This document shows positions 18,147 through 26,439 of a stretch of 64,000 nucleotides of DNA, piece after piece. The translations under genes and the position numbers were made by a program. How positions within the stretch are numbered: position 1 is the stretch's first letter; each line of letters begins with the position of its first letter. The stretch is from the IMG/VR virus record IMGVR_UViG_3300027963_005443. One strand, written 5' to 3'. Source of the stretch: a virus. The notes under the pieces are model-generated. The model made no database searches. It was not told the origin of the DNA and saw only the letters and a list, made by a program, of their open reading frames with translations.

Positions 18147-18242
18147 TGCCTAGCCGAGGGACCGTGCAAATGAAAATTCTTTGCAAATGAAAAAGATGTC
18201 AGGGGTGGAAATCCTTTCCAAAATCAGTCCCCCGACTAGGCA
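18147..18242 (-). ncRNA. Candidate structured small RNA, about 100 nt
   Basis: 16-bp closing stem with 14 Watson-Crick pairs and 2 mismatches that are G-U only on the minus strand; internal UGGAAA-GGA-UUUCCA hairpin; lies between motif copies 6 and 5. Confidence 0.6.
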
Positions 18243-18250
18243 GTGTGATT

Positions 18251-18270
18251 CAACCGTACCAGAAAGAAAC
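18251..18270 (-). promoter_or_regulatory. GTTTC-Y5-GGTACGGTT motif, copy 6
   Basis: gtttctttctggtacggttg ending 8 nt before the candidate RNA stem. Confidence 0.8.
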
Positions 18271-18293
18271 ATCCCCATTTAGGGGGCTGCGAG

Positions 18294-18321
18294 AAAATAG
18301 CAGATTTTTCAAGCTTGTCAA
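18294..18321 (-). promoter_or_regulatory. Sigma70-type promoter (weak -10)
   Basis: TTGACA-N16-TATTTT upstream of motif copy 6. Confidence 0.45.
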
Positions 18322-18340
18322 GCCCCCCTAAAAAATTTTT

Positions 18341-18610
18341 TCAGGAAGGCTCTTTTTTTACGACCACTGACAGATCTCTTGTTCCTTTTATGAGTCTGTG
18401 CCATTTATCTTTCGGAATAAATATCTGTCCTTTTATTTGAATTGGCAATTCATTATCAAATTGAAACATCCAATCTGTCTCTTCGTTGCATTCGATAATT
18501 CTATCTTCTTTATCATAATGCCATTGTAGATCATCATCTAGCACATTTTCTTTAAAAGTTCTAACAAATGTGTTGGGACTAATCTTTTCTTCTTCAAAAG
18601 GAAATTTCAT
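18341..18610 (-). CDS. Cupin-like conserved phage protein; start reassigned to ATG 18610
   Basis: WHYDKEDR...WMFQFDNELP...IFIPKDKWHRLIKG resembles a cupin barrel. Confidence 0.65.
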   Translation of the reverse strand: MKFPFEEEKISPNTFVRTFKENVLDDDLQWHYDKEDRIIECNEETDWMFQFDNELPIQIKGQIFIPKDKWHRLIKGTRDLSVVVKKEPS

Positions 18611-18611
18611 A

Positions 18612-19205
18612 TCACCATGTCCTCGAGCTAACCAGACCAACAGATTTAGCAAATCTCGCTATATTGCACGACCAATAACCAGGAGTAGTCCGATCTTTCT
18701 TTTCTGAGCACTTGTGTCTTGCACGAAAACTCTTGGCTCGGGATGGGTTATTATTTTTAATCTTTAAATTAGGATCTCCAAAACGAACTTTCTTTATATT
18801 TCCTGATGGCGATTTGACATAAACAGCAAATTTTTTGTTTTCACCAGGAGTTCTATGGGGTTTTCCCAATTGAACTTTTTTTCCCTTATACTCAGCTTCA
18901 TTTATTTCGTTGTCAATAACGGGGCAATCCAAATAAATAGTTTTCCCATTATAGTCGGCTGTTTCACCTGCATCGCTGGATACCAATTCGAGGTCATCAT
19001 CATTGATAGATATCATATTTTTATTATACAATTCTCTGACCTCTTTAATAAGATCAAAATATGACTCACTGTATAACCTGAAAATATTCTCTGAGAGAGA
19101 TATCTTGTTATCTAAGTGATATTTTAAGTTTTCACTAACTTTAATATTCTGGACTAGTTCCATAGGAGCAGGAGATTGGTTGATAAAATCTTTAAAACTA
19201 AGCAT
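18612..19205 (-). CDS. Conserved large-virus protein (DUF5754-like C-terminus) with capsid-targeting-like N-terminus
   Basis: KKFAVYVK...KKVRFG...SFRARHKC...GYWSC; starts MLSFKDFIN. Confidence 0.7.
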   Translation of the reverse strand: MLSFKDFINQSPAPMELVQNIKVSENLKYHLDNKISLSENIFRLYSESYFDLIKEVRELYNKNMISINDDDLELVSSDAGETADYNGKTIYLDCPVIDNEINEAEYKGKKVQLGKPHRTPGENKKFAVYVKSPSGNIKKVRFGDPNLKIKNNNPSRAKSFRARHKCSEKKDRTTPGYWSCNIARFAKSVGLVSSRTW

Positions 19206-19214
19206 ATATTATAT

Positions 19215-20762
19215 ATGGAAGAAATCAAATTTTCAGAATGGTTATTATTAATAGAGAGCCAAACTATAGCGCAATTGCTAAAAAATGACAAAGAAATAAA
19301 GTCGGACCCAGATTATCTAAAAGTGGTCAATTATATAAATAATAGAATCTTATCAGGGGTGAATCCAGGTTCCAAATACATTACCACATATATCAATTTC
19401 TTTTTTTATAATTTTTACAAAAAACTCACAAGTGTAACAGTCAACAACCCATACAATAAACCATACAATAGGGGATTCATGAGATATGCACAACCAGGTG
19501 TGTTAGCTCAACTTGGCAACCAAATAGATGAAACAATTGATTATTTAGTGGCTAATAGTGACAACAATATTTTAAAATCAAAACTCAACAATAGCCAATT
19601 CACTATTGAGATGCTTATAAAAGAAAGCGAAGAATGGCACGAAAGAATTGAGACTTCAAAAGCTAAACCTGCGGCAGAGGCTGCTACATTTATGGATCTA
19701 AGTCATTTAGGATCTTCTTGGAATGGATGGAGATGGGTTCTATTAGATAAAAGATCATGTGAAAAAGAAGGCGCAAGTGCAGGTCATTGTGGAAATGCAG
19801 CAGGAAAAGAAGGCGATAACATTCTATCGTTAAGAGACACAAGTAATGTTGCATATTTAACATTCATAATTAACGACGGTGCTTTGGGAGAAATGAAAGG
19901 CAGAAACAATAGCAAGCCCTCAATAAGATTCCACCCAGCGATAATAGAATTACTAAAAAATAATATTGTGAAGACAGTCAAGGGTGGAGGATACAAGCCA
20001 GAGAACAATTTTTCTATGGATGATTTAGATGAAAGTGTAAAACAAACTCTTTACAAATTAAAACCAAGTCTAAATTACGATCTATATATTGAGCAATATT
20101 TTAACAAAGAAATATTTAAATTAAAGAATCCAAGAGAAATACTAATAAAAATACAAGAAATGTTTAATGATATTTTCGACTCAGTGGTTGGAGATGAATT
20201 AGTAGTCGATAAATTCGATAGCTTTAAAGATTTTTCTGAGAGAGCAAAGAAATACTACTCAGGAGATGTAGAAGATTTATCTTTTATGGATGATTTTGAT
20301 CCACAAATAGACCACGTATCAATCAAAGATATTTTCGATCATATTTCAGACAAAAATATTGAAATCATCAAAAAAATACTGACTTCAGAAGGTCAAGAAT
20401 ATGATGAGGATGATATTATGAGTGCGATAAATCGCAATAAAGAATTGCTTAGTGCAGTAGAAACAGCGGGTAGGCGTGGATATGAAGATGGGGCTCAATC
20501 AGACGCTTGGCAAAGAGTTACATCCTCTCTTTCCCAAAAAGATGAAAATGGATTCTATGCAGATGTAGAAAATGCAGAAAATATAATGGTAAAGATTGCT
20601 ATATCAAATCTTAAAAACATATACAAAGAGCATGCCAAAGATAATTACGAACTAAGAGAATTTGTTAAAATAGACTACACGCATCCATATCATGGATATG
20701 AAGGTTTTAATGAAGACTATTTCAACGATAATTTGAGTGATGAATTACATCAATTATCTTGA
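19215..20762 (+). CDS. PcfJ-like domain protein with capsid-targeting-like N-terminus; start reassigned to ATG 19215
   Basis: EWH...WRWVLL...EG..AGHC...ILSLRD...EMKGRNN..P; starts MEEIKFSEWLLLIE; acidic C-half. Confidence 0.7.
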   Translation: MEEIKFSEWLLLIESQTIAQLLKNDKEIKSDPDYLKVVNYINNRILSGVNPGSKYITTYINFFFYNFYKKLTSVTVNNPYNKPYNRGFMRYAQPGVLAQLGNQIDETIDYLVANSDNNILKSKLNNSQFTIEMLIKESEEWHERIETSKAKPAAEAATFMDLSHLGSSWNGWRWVLLDKRSCEKEGASAGHCGNAAGKEGDNILSLRDTSNVAYLTFIINDGALGEMKGRNNSKPSIRFHPAIIELLKNNIVKTVKGGGYKPENNFSMDDLDESVKQTLYKLKPSLNYDLYIEQYFNKEIFKLKNPREILIKIQEMFNDIFDSVVGDELVVDKFDSFKDFSERAKKYYSGDVEDLSFMDDFDPQIDHVSIKDIFDHISDKNIEIIKKILTSEGQEYDEDDIMSAINRNKELLSAVETAGRRGYEDGAQSDAWQRVTSSLSQKDENGFYADVENAENIMVKIAISNLKNIYKEHAKDNYELREFVKIDYTHPYHGYEGFNEDYFNDNLSDELHQLS

Positions 20763-21055
20763 TTTTTCTTCTTTCTCTTCTTCTTTGGCTTTTCTTCGGA
20801 AGCGTCAGACTCAATTTCTTTTTTGGGTTTACTTTTATTGCTAATAAGTCCGGCTAAGCGTTCACGCTCTTTTTTTGCCCCCAAACCTACTCCAAAAATC
20901 TTGTCTAAAACAGCAAGTTGCTCAGAGTGGCTTCTCTTATTTCTTAATTCTTGACGTTCAATTGCTTTTTCTCTTCTGTATTCTTTATTATATGACATAT
21001 TTTTACCTTTCGAGTGTAAATCTATTATATCATTTAGTTTGTTGAATGCAAGCAA
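20750..21055 (-). CDS. Small basic hypothetical protein; likely start ATG 20998
   Basis: MSYNKEYRREKA...KKKRKKK; SD aaaggt upstream of the internal ATG. Confidence 0.65.
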   Translation of the reverse strand: MLAFNKLNDIIDLHSKGKNMSYNKEYRREKAIERQELRNKRSHSEQLAVLDKIFGVGLGAKKERERLAGLISNKSKPKKEIESDASEEKPKKKRKKKNQDN

Positions 21056-21059
21056 AAAA

Positions 21060-21083
21060 AAACGCTGGATTGCTCCAGCGTTT
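21060..21083. terminator. Intrinsic terminator-like hairpin
   Basis: aaacgctgga-ttgc-tccagcgttt, with an A-run upstream on + (U-tract on the minus strand). Confidence 0.75.
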
Positions 21084-21108
21084 AAAAAAATATGTTTTTA
21101 ATCAGAAG

Positions 21109-21456
21109 TTATCGAGGAGAATATTCGTCTTCTTGACGAGTTGCTCTATAGTCACGCTCGTCATGATCATATCCTTCATCACGATCATCAAAAAATCTAT
21201 TCTTCTGCATATCTTCTAATTTGGTTAGAAGAGCGAATAGGGGAGGCGGAATATTTCGACCTCTATTTTGAATGGTATCCTCATTATTCAATAGAGCGTC
21301 GGCCAACATCTTGGCCATTTCCTGATTAAAACTAAGATTGAATTCACTTTGGAACTTATTTAGTTGAAAAGCCGGAATCTTTACGAAATCCCTCTTCTCA
21401 ATAATCTTCTTTTCCCTGTTTTCAAAACCGTTATTGATATAATCTCTCATTTTCAT
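21109..21456 (-). CDS. Hypothetical protein
   Basis: 115-aa ORF, charged C-terminus. Confidence 0.65.
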   Translation of the reverse strand: MKMRDYINNGFENREKKIIEKRDFVKIPAFQLNKFQSEFNLSFNQEMAKMLADALLNNEDTIQNRGRNIPPPLFALLTKLEDMQKNRFFDDRDEGYDHDERDYRATRQEDEYSPR

Positions 21457-21618
21457 GGTAGTAACTCTTTGTTAAAAACTATATTCCTTTAAAATTTAAA
21501 ATTGGCTAAAACTTCCATTCTTAGTCAATATTTTTATAAAAATCTTAATTATTATATCACACAGGCGAGTCTCCTAGATGGGATGATTTTCAACTATTTC
21601 AAATACGAAGGTAATGGA

Positions 21619-21888
21619 TCAACAGTTCGGATCAAAATCAGGAGACCAGTCAAAACACAGTGAAATTTCAGCAATCTCTCTTTCATAGCCCAATTTTTCA
21701 ACAAAGTCAAATACTTTTTTATAAGTTATCTTGCCGTGTTCTTCAATCCAATTCTCACAATAATCCATCAATTCTTTCTCTGTAGCCAAGTCTTTACCGC
21801 ACATCATCGCAGCAACTAACGCAAGTGCCACATTTGGTGATTGTTTTTGTTTTCTGCAAACAGATACGCCTTCAAGCATTGGACCCAT
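21619..21888 (-). CDS. Hypothetical protein
   Basis: Strong SD ggagg upstream. Confidence 0.6.
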   Translation of the reverse strand: MGPMLEGVSVCRKQKQSPNVALALVAAMMCGKDLATEKELMDYCENWIEEHGKITYKKVFDFVEKLGYEREIAEISLCFDWSPDFDPNC

Positions 21889-21927
21889 AATATTCCTCCT
21901 TTGAAGAGGATTATTATATAAAAGGGT

Positions 21928-22374
21928 TTATTTTTTGTCAATAAGGTTCTTTAATTTAAGCTTTTTTTGATTTTTACATTTCAAATCTGAGAGTGCGCCC
22001 CAAATTTGAAAATTTGGATTATTTAAATCTTTGCAGGTAACAACACTGAAACTTCCAACACTTTCATTTGTTATAAAATTTGCTTTTTTCCACCAATTAT
22101 CTGGTATTTTATGAAAACCTTTTTTAATATAATCTATTAGATTATCTTTTTTAACAAATTCACTGCTTCCTTGACCGTCATAGGATAAGTAATCTGGGGA
22201 TTGTGGAACTTTTGCTATAAATTTGGAACCTTGGTTCATAACCCTGCCATCACTGTTAATAGTGGCGGGATGTTTTTCAAACTGCATATCCACAGCGGAA
22301 ACAACACTGTCCCCTATTCTGAGTTTATGAGGCAAGGTGAAACTTGCCATTTCTAGGTATTCTCGGAATTGCAT
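21928..22374 (-). CDS. Hypothetical protein with capsid-targeting-like N-terminus
   Basis: MQFREYLE start; TATATA 5 nt upstream of ATG 22374. Confidence 0.7.
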   Translation of the reverse strand: MQFREYLEMASFTLPHKLRIGDSVVSAVDMQFEKHPATINSDGRVMNQGSKFIAKVPQSPDYLSYDGQGSSEFVKKDNLIDYIKKGFHKIPDNWWKKANFITNESVGSFSVVTCKDLNNPNFQIWGALSDLKCKNQKKLKLKNLIDKK

Positions 22375-22386
22375 CAATTTATATAT

Positions 22387-23472
22387 TCAGGCAACTTCCT
22401 TAATTTTCTTCTCTACAAGATTTCTTTTAATTAATTCTTTGCGGCCCTGCTTGGTTAATCTTAGACCTCTAGGGGTGACATAAACAAGGCTGGGCTGGTC
22501 TTCGGAATCCGCCAGCAGCCAAGGAAGAATATATTTGTCTATTTCTTCCGTCTTTTTATTGAGAAGGTACTGGAGCCTCTTCATGGCCACAGTCTTATAT
22601 TTATAGAGATATTTCAAAATGGCCAGATGGGTTTCGTGCATCCCGTGTTCATCAATTCCCTCGTTTGCGGCAATGGTTCTGGCTGTTTCTTCCCAAGAAA
22701 AACCATTCATAGACCTGTGAAGTTTCATATATTTCGCAAATTCTATGGCTTTTCTTGGTATCTTAGAATTATAGTGAGCAACCAAATCGCAAACATTCTG
22801 AGGTAATTCAGGAAAATTATGATGAACTATCTGACCAATTTCTTTCTTAGTCAAATATTTGAGTTCTAGGCCACTGAATCTCGACCTAAAGGCATCAAAA
22901 ACTTTACCAATATCTGTTGTGGCTATGATCCAACAAGCCTTGTAACAGTCAATATGGCCTCCAGACTCGGTTGTTAGAATAGCATCCTTGGTTTCAGTGG
23001 CCTTTAGAAGACCCTGAACAATATTGTTTCTTAGAGCATGAACTTCATCAATAAAAATAATACACGGAGGAAGCATATAAGAATTGCTATCCTTGACCTG
23101 TTCGACCAGGGGAATATTTTCTTTATACAAAGAAATAGAAATCTGTTCCACTAAATCGTCGAGACTCGTGATGCTTCTAGGGCTAATCTCAACCAGGGGC
23201 AACTGCAGCACTTTGGCGAACTTTCTCACCAAAGAGGTTTTTCCGCTACTTGCCGGGCCTGTGATGCAGAGGGATATATCCCTGCAGAGGTGATTCTCTT
23301 TTTGAAGAGCATCAAAAGCAATAATAGAAAGCTTGGATATGGCTTTTCGATTTCCCACAAAACCATAAAAAGGCGAAATATGATTGTCTGGATCCACCAG
23401 ACCTTTGAAATAATCCTTATCTTCTTCAGTTATAATGTTATTAGAATTGAAAAACTTCTTTTCAAGTTGCAT
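22387..23472 (-). CDS. ruvB: RuvB-like AAA+ helicase
   Basis: GPASSGKTSL, IFIDEVHAL, IATTD.G...AFRSRF, IPRKA, GIDEHG, C-terminal winged helix ending TPRGLRLT. Confidence 0.8.
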   Translation of the reverse strand: MQLEKKFFNSNNIITEEDKDYFKGLVDPDNHISPFYGFVGNRKAISKLSIIAFDALQKENHLCRDISLCITGPASSGKTSLVRKFAKVLQLPLVEISPRSITSLDDLVEQISISLYKENIPLVEQVKDSNSYMLPPCIIFIDEVHALRNNIVQGLLKATETKDAILTTESGGHIDCYKACWIIATTDIGKVFDAFRSRFSGLELKYLTKKEIGQIVHHNFPELPQNVCDLVAHYNSKIPRKAIEFAKYMKLHRSMNGFSWEETARTIAANEGIDEHGMHETHLAILKYLYKYKTVAMKRLQYLLNKKTEEIDKYILPWLLADSEDQPSLVYVTPRGLRLTKQGRKELIKRNLVEKKIKEVA

Positions 23473-23524
23473 TTCGATGCCTTATAATTTTATTATTTTA
23501 ATATCCAGCAGACTCTCATTGGTC

Positions 23525-23544
23525 CAACCGTACCAAAAAGAAAC
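23525..23544 (-). promoter_or_regulatory. GTTTC-Y5-GGTACGGTT motif, copy 7
   Basis: gtttctttttggtacggttg, about 53 nt upstream of the ruvB-like ATG. Confidence 0.8.
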
Positions 23545-23579
23545 AAGATCCCCTGAGAATCGGGCACTCAGAACAAGAT

Positions 23580-23607
23580 ATTCTAGGCGTGGTATTTGTG
23601 CTGTCAA
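23580..23607 (-). promoter_or_regulatory. Sigma70-type promoter
   Basis: TTGACA-N16-TAGAAT upstream of motif copy 7. Confidence 0.6.
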
Positions 23608-23669
23608 GCCAAGTGAGAAAGTTGAATTGACTACTTGAAGAAATTTTATTTTTTATGTAGAATGATGAT

Positions 23670-24839
23670 ATGGCAAAAATGCGAGATGAAATAGAAATGG
23701 AAAATATTATGGAAAAACCCACACATGCCTATCGCCCATATGCGACAAAAATTCCACCAAATGAATATGGAACAAATATAAATCTTTATTATTATTATGT
23801 TTTTCACAAAAATACTCAGCCCTCTGTGTTAGAGATTAGGGTTCCCATAAAGGGACAAACCATAAATAATCTTGAAAAATTAGGGGCCAAAAAATTCTAT
23901 ACTCACAATTTTGAGAAATTAGAAAAAAATAAAAAAACAAACACAATTGCAGAGTTATGTTTTGAATATAAAGATGCAATGATATCTTTGTCTAAAAAAG
24001 CAAGCATACTAAATAATTTGGATTTTGGAATAGAAGAAGAGGATGAAGAAAATGAAGTTGATAATAATGAATATATTGTAAAAATTTTATATCTAGAGGA
24101 AAAGACTCTTAAAGAAATCAAAAAAAATATAGAGTATTCATTAGATGTTAAGCAAAATAGCAACATCCATCTTCTTTGCTCCATGGATGGAATGTTATCA
24201 ACACAAAAATTCGATACAAAGTTTCCGCAAGAAAAGATCGATATAGAATTAAATTATGGAAAAGAAGCTGCAGACAAATATAAAAAAGTTTCAGAGTATC
24301 TCGGCAACAATAAAAATGGACTTATTTTATTCAGCGGTGCCCCAGGCACAGGAAAGAGCACTTTTATAAAATATCTTAGCCGTGAAACTACAAGAAAAAT
24401 TATATACATAAGCAGCACTGCTGCTGAACAACTGACAAGTCCGGATTTCCTCAGTTTCATCATGGGGCAAAGGAACTGTATCCTTTTACTAGAGGATGCG
24501 GAGAAAGCGCTGCGAAGCAGAGAAACACAAGACAATGAAGCAATCAGTAATATTCTAAACGTAACTGACGGGATATTAGGCGACTGTTTAAATATATTGG
24601 TAATTGCCACCTTCAATACAGACAGAGAAAAAATTGATAGCGCACTGCTGAGAAAGGGCAGGCTTATTCTAGAACATCATTTTGAGCCACTATCAATTGA
24701 AAATAGCAATAAACTATTGAAGAAGCTTGGAGTTAAAAAGACAACAAGTGTTCCAATGACTCTAGCCGAGATATACAACAATAGCGAAGAAAATTATACA
24801 AAGGAAAAAGAAGAAAAAAGAATAGGATTTTCATCCTAG
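23670..24839 (+). CDS. AAA+ ATPase (classical clade, BCS1-like)
   Basis: GAPGTGKST, LLLEDAE, TDGILGD, DSALLRKGRL. Confidence 0.85.
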   Translation: MAKMRDEIEMENIMEKPTHAYRPYATKIPPNEYGTNINLYYYYVFHKNTQPSVLEIRVPIKGQTINNLEKLGAKKFYTHNFEKLEKNKKTNTIAELCFEYKDAMISLSKKASILNNLDFGIEEEDEENEVDNNEYIVKILYLEEKTLKEIKKNIEYSLDVKQNSNIHLLCSMDGMLSTQKFDTKFPQEKIDIELNYGKEAADKYKKVSEYLGNNKNGLILFSGAPGTGKSTFIKYLSRETTRKIIYISSTAAEQLTSPDFLSFIMGQRNCILLLEDAEKALRSRETQDNEAISNILNVTDGILGDCLNILVIATFNTDREKIDSALLRKGRLILEHHFEPLSIENSNKLLKKLGVKKTTSVPMTLAEIYNNSEENYTKEKEEKRIGFSS

Positions 24840-25370
24840 ATCAATCACCATAACAAGATCATCGTATCTATCTTTTATTTTTCTTAGATCATAAAATTGA
24901 ATTTTGTTTTTAAGATGTTCTGGTGCTTCTTCTCTCAATTCATCCAGCCAACTATAGTGTTGAATGTCCTCTAAAATTAGCACACCATTCGGATTAATTT
25001 TGCTCGAATATTCTTTTAAAAATATCTTCATACTCTCTAGTGAGTGGGGGCCGTCGTCAATAACAATATCAAAATCATTTGGAAGAGAGTCTATAACACT
25101 CTTATCATAAGCATCATTTACTATATGTGTTACTCTGTCTGAGTTTTTTATAGCATCACACTCGACAACATCTAAACCATAAATTTCTGCATTGATAAAA
25201 TAATCTCTCCACAACCTTATACTTTCTCCATTATAGACACCAATTTCAAGAACCTTTTTGGCCGAGTTCTTTCTACTTGGGAACACCTTTTCATAGACTT
25301 CATCAATATAACAATGCAATGTGTTCTTATCGGTCCCGTAGTTTTTTGATAATTCAGATAATTCACCCAT
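24831..25370 (-). CDS. Class I SAM-dependent methyltransferase (sugar/small-molecule O-methyltransferase-like)
   Basis: YGTDK..LHCY, VLEIGVYNGES, GLDV, IVIDDGPH, LEDI. Confidence 0.85.
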   Translation of the reverse strand: MGELSELSKNYGTDKNTLHCYIDEVYEKVFPSRKNSAKKVLEIGVYNGESIRLWRDYFINAEIYGLDVVECDAIKNSDRVTHIVNDAYDKSVIDSLPNDFDIVIDDGPHSLESMKIFLKEYSSKINPNGVLILEDIQHYSWLDELREEAPEHLKNKIQFYDLRKIKDRYDDLVMVIDLG

Positions 25371-25575
25371 TGTTCATTCCTTTTTCTACACAATATTGAT
25401 AGTATATCTCTGTGTAATCTTTTGATTTACTGTTTATTTTTAATTTATAGGTATATTTTTTTCTTTTATATGGGATAGGGAGAATATTTGGCATCCTTCC
25501 ATCTTTGCTTGTCACAGCCTGGCCGCAAAGAGGTCCACCCACCAAACCCACTGAAAATATATTATCTTCTTTCAC
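25363..25575 (-). CDS. Hypothetical protein
   Basis: LVGGPLCG motif; overlaps downstream start. Confidence 0.6.
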   Translation of the reverse strand: MKEDNIFSVGLVGGPLCGQAVTSKDGRMPNILPIPYKRKKYTYKLKINSKSKDYTEIYYQYCVEKGMNNG

Positions 25576-25581
25576 AATAAG

Positions 25582-25689
25582 TTATTTAGAATTTTTATTA
25601 GGCTTTTTTTTGAATATTTTAATCCAATTTTTATCCCAAACCTCTTGAGTCACGGTTTTAGGTCTTGGGGAATCACCTTTTCCGTTCAT
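25582..25689 (-). CDS. Tiny phage protein, 35 aa; not in ORF track
   Basis: MNGKGDSPRPKTVTQEVWDKNWIKIFKKK...; the GKG..PRP...W..IF pattern is one I recognise from other phages. Confidence 0.6.
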   Translation of the reverse strand: MNGKGDSPRPKTVTQEVWDKNWIKIFKKKPNKNSK

Positions 25690-25721
25690 ATATTTGCCTT
25701 TCTTTTAATTCACAGGAGTAA

Positions 25722-25928
25722 TTATTGTTTCTTATTTTCACATTCCTCTAATATTCTTTCAACCATTCTTTCAATTTGATGTTTGGATAATTTTACCTGC
25801 TTCTTTACAAAAAAATACCTACCGAAATCTTCGACAACTTCTGTGTATGTGACTCTGTAGTTATCATCTATCATATCAGCATTGATACTAATATCTGGGT
25901 ACTTATTAAATATTTCCATTTTCTTCAA
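25722..25928 (-). CDS. Hypothetical protein
   Basis: Part of a run of overlapping small ORFs. Confidence 0.55.
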   Translation of the reverse strand: MKKMEIFNKYPDISINADMIDDNYRVTYTEVVEDFGRYFFVKKQVKLSKHQIERMVERILEECENKKQ

Positions 25929-26088
25929 TCTCCTTGAATTCGTCGGGATGTAAAACCAGCACCGTTTCCATTCCTTCTAGCCATATCTCATATGCTTGGG
26001 CATTTAATCTTCTAAGAATATAGCCAAAGCCATTTATTGGCTGATTGTCGTAGTTTTTGGTATCTATTAAAACTTTAATGCCACTCAT
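25906..26088 (-). CDS. Hypothetical protein
   Basis: Part of a run of overlapping small ORFs. Confidence 0.55.
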   Translation of the reverse strand: MSGIKVLIDTKNYDNQPINGFGYILRRLNAQAYEIWLEGMETVLVLHPDEFKEIEENGNI

Positions 26089-26279
26089 GTTAACTTCAAA
26101 AGCATTAGAAAAAGACAGTAAAAAAGGAGAGGTGTAATCAAAAATTGCGAAATAGTAACAAAAATTTTCATCGGCAAAATAAAACCAAAAATCATTGGAA
26201 AAACAGCCGTTATATATGCCAGTAAAAAAAGTATAACAACTATTTTAGGTTTTGTCAAAAATCGATAAATTTGGTTCAT
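26085..26279 (-). CDS. Small two-TM membrane protein
   Basis: Two hydrophobic segments. Confidence 0.55.
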   Translation of the reverse strand: MNQIYRFLTKPKIVVILFLLAYITAVFPMIFGFILPMKIFVTISQFLITPLLFYCLFLMLLKLT

Positions 26280-26439
26280 TATATTTTTTTTGTAATTTAA
26301 TATACTCTTCTTTTAAAATTATAAATCTATTATAGAGTAAAATATTTTCATATATAGAAATAGAACTAATTAATAGTCCTATAATTGACAAAAACACCCA
26401 GAAGCTGGGCATAACTCTTTTTCTTTCAATCATATCCAA
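26245..26439 (-). CDS. Small single-TM protein
   Basis: FWVFLSIIGLLISSISIY followed by a coiled segment. Confidence 0.5.
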   Translation of the reverse strand: MDMIERKRVMPSFWVFLSIIGLLISSISIYENILLYNRFIILKEEYIKLQKKYNEPNLSIFDKT

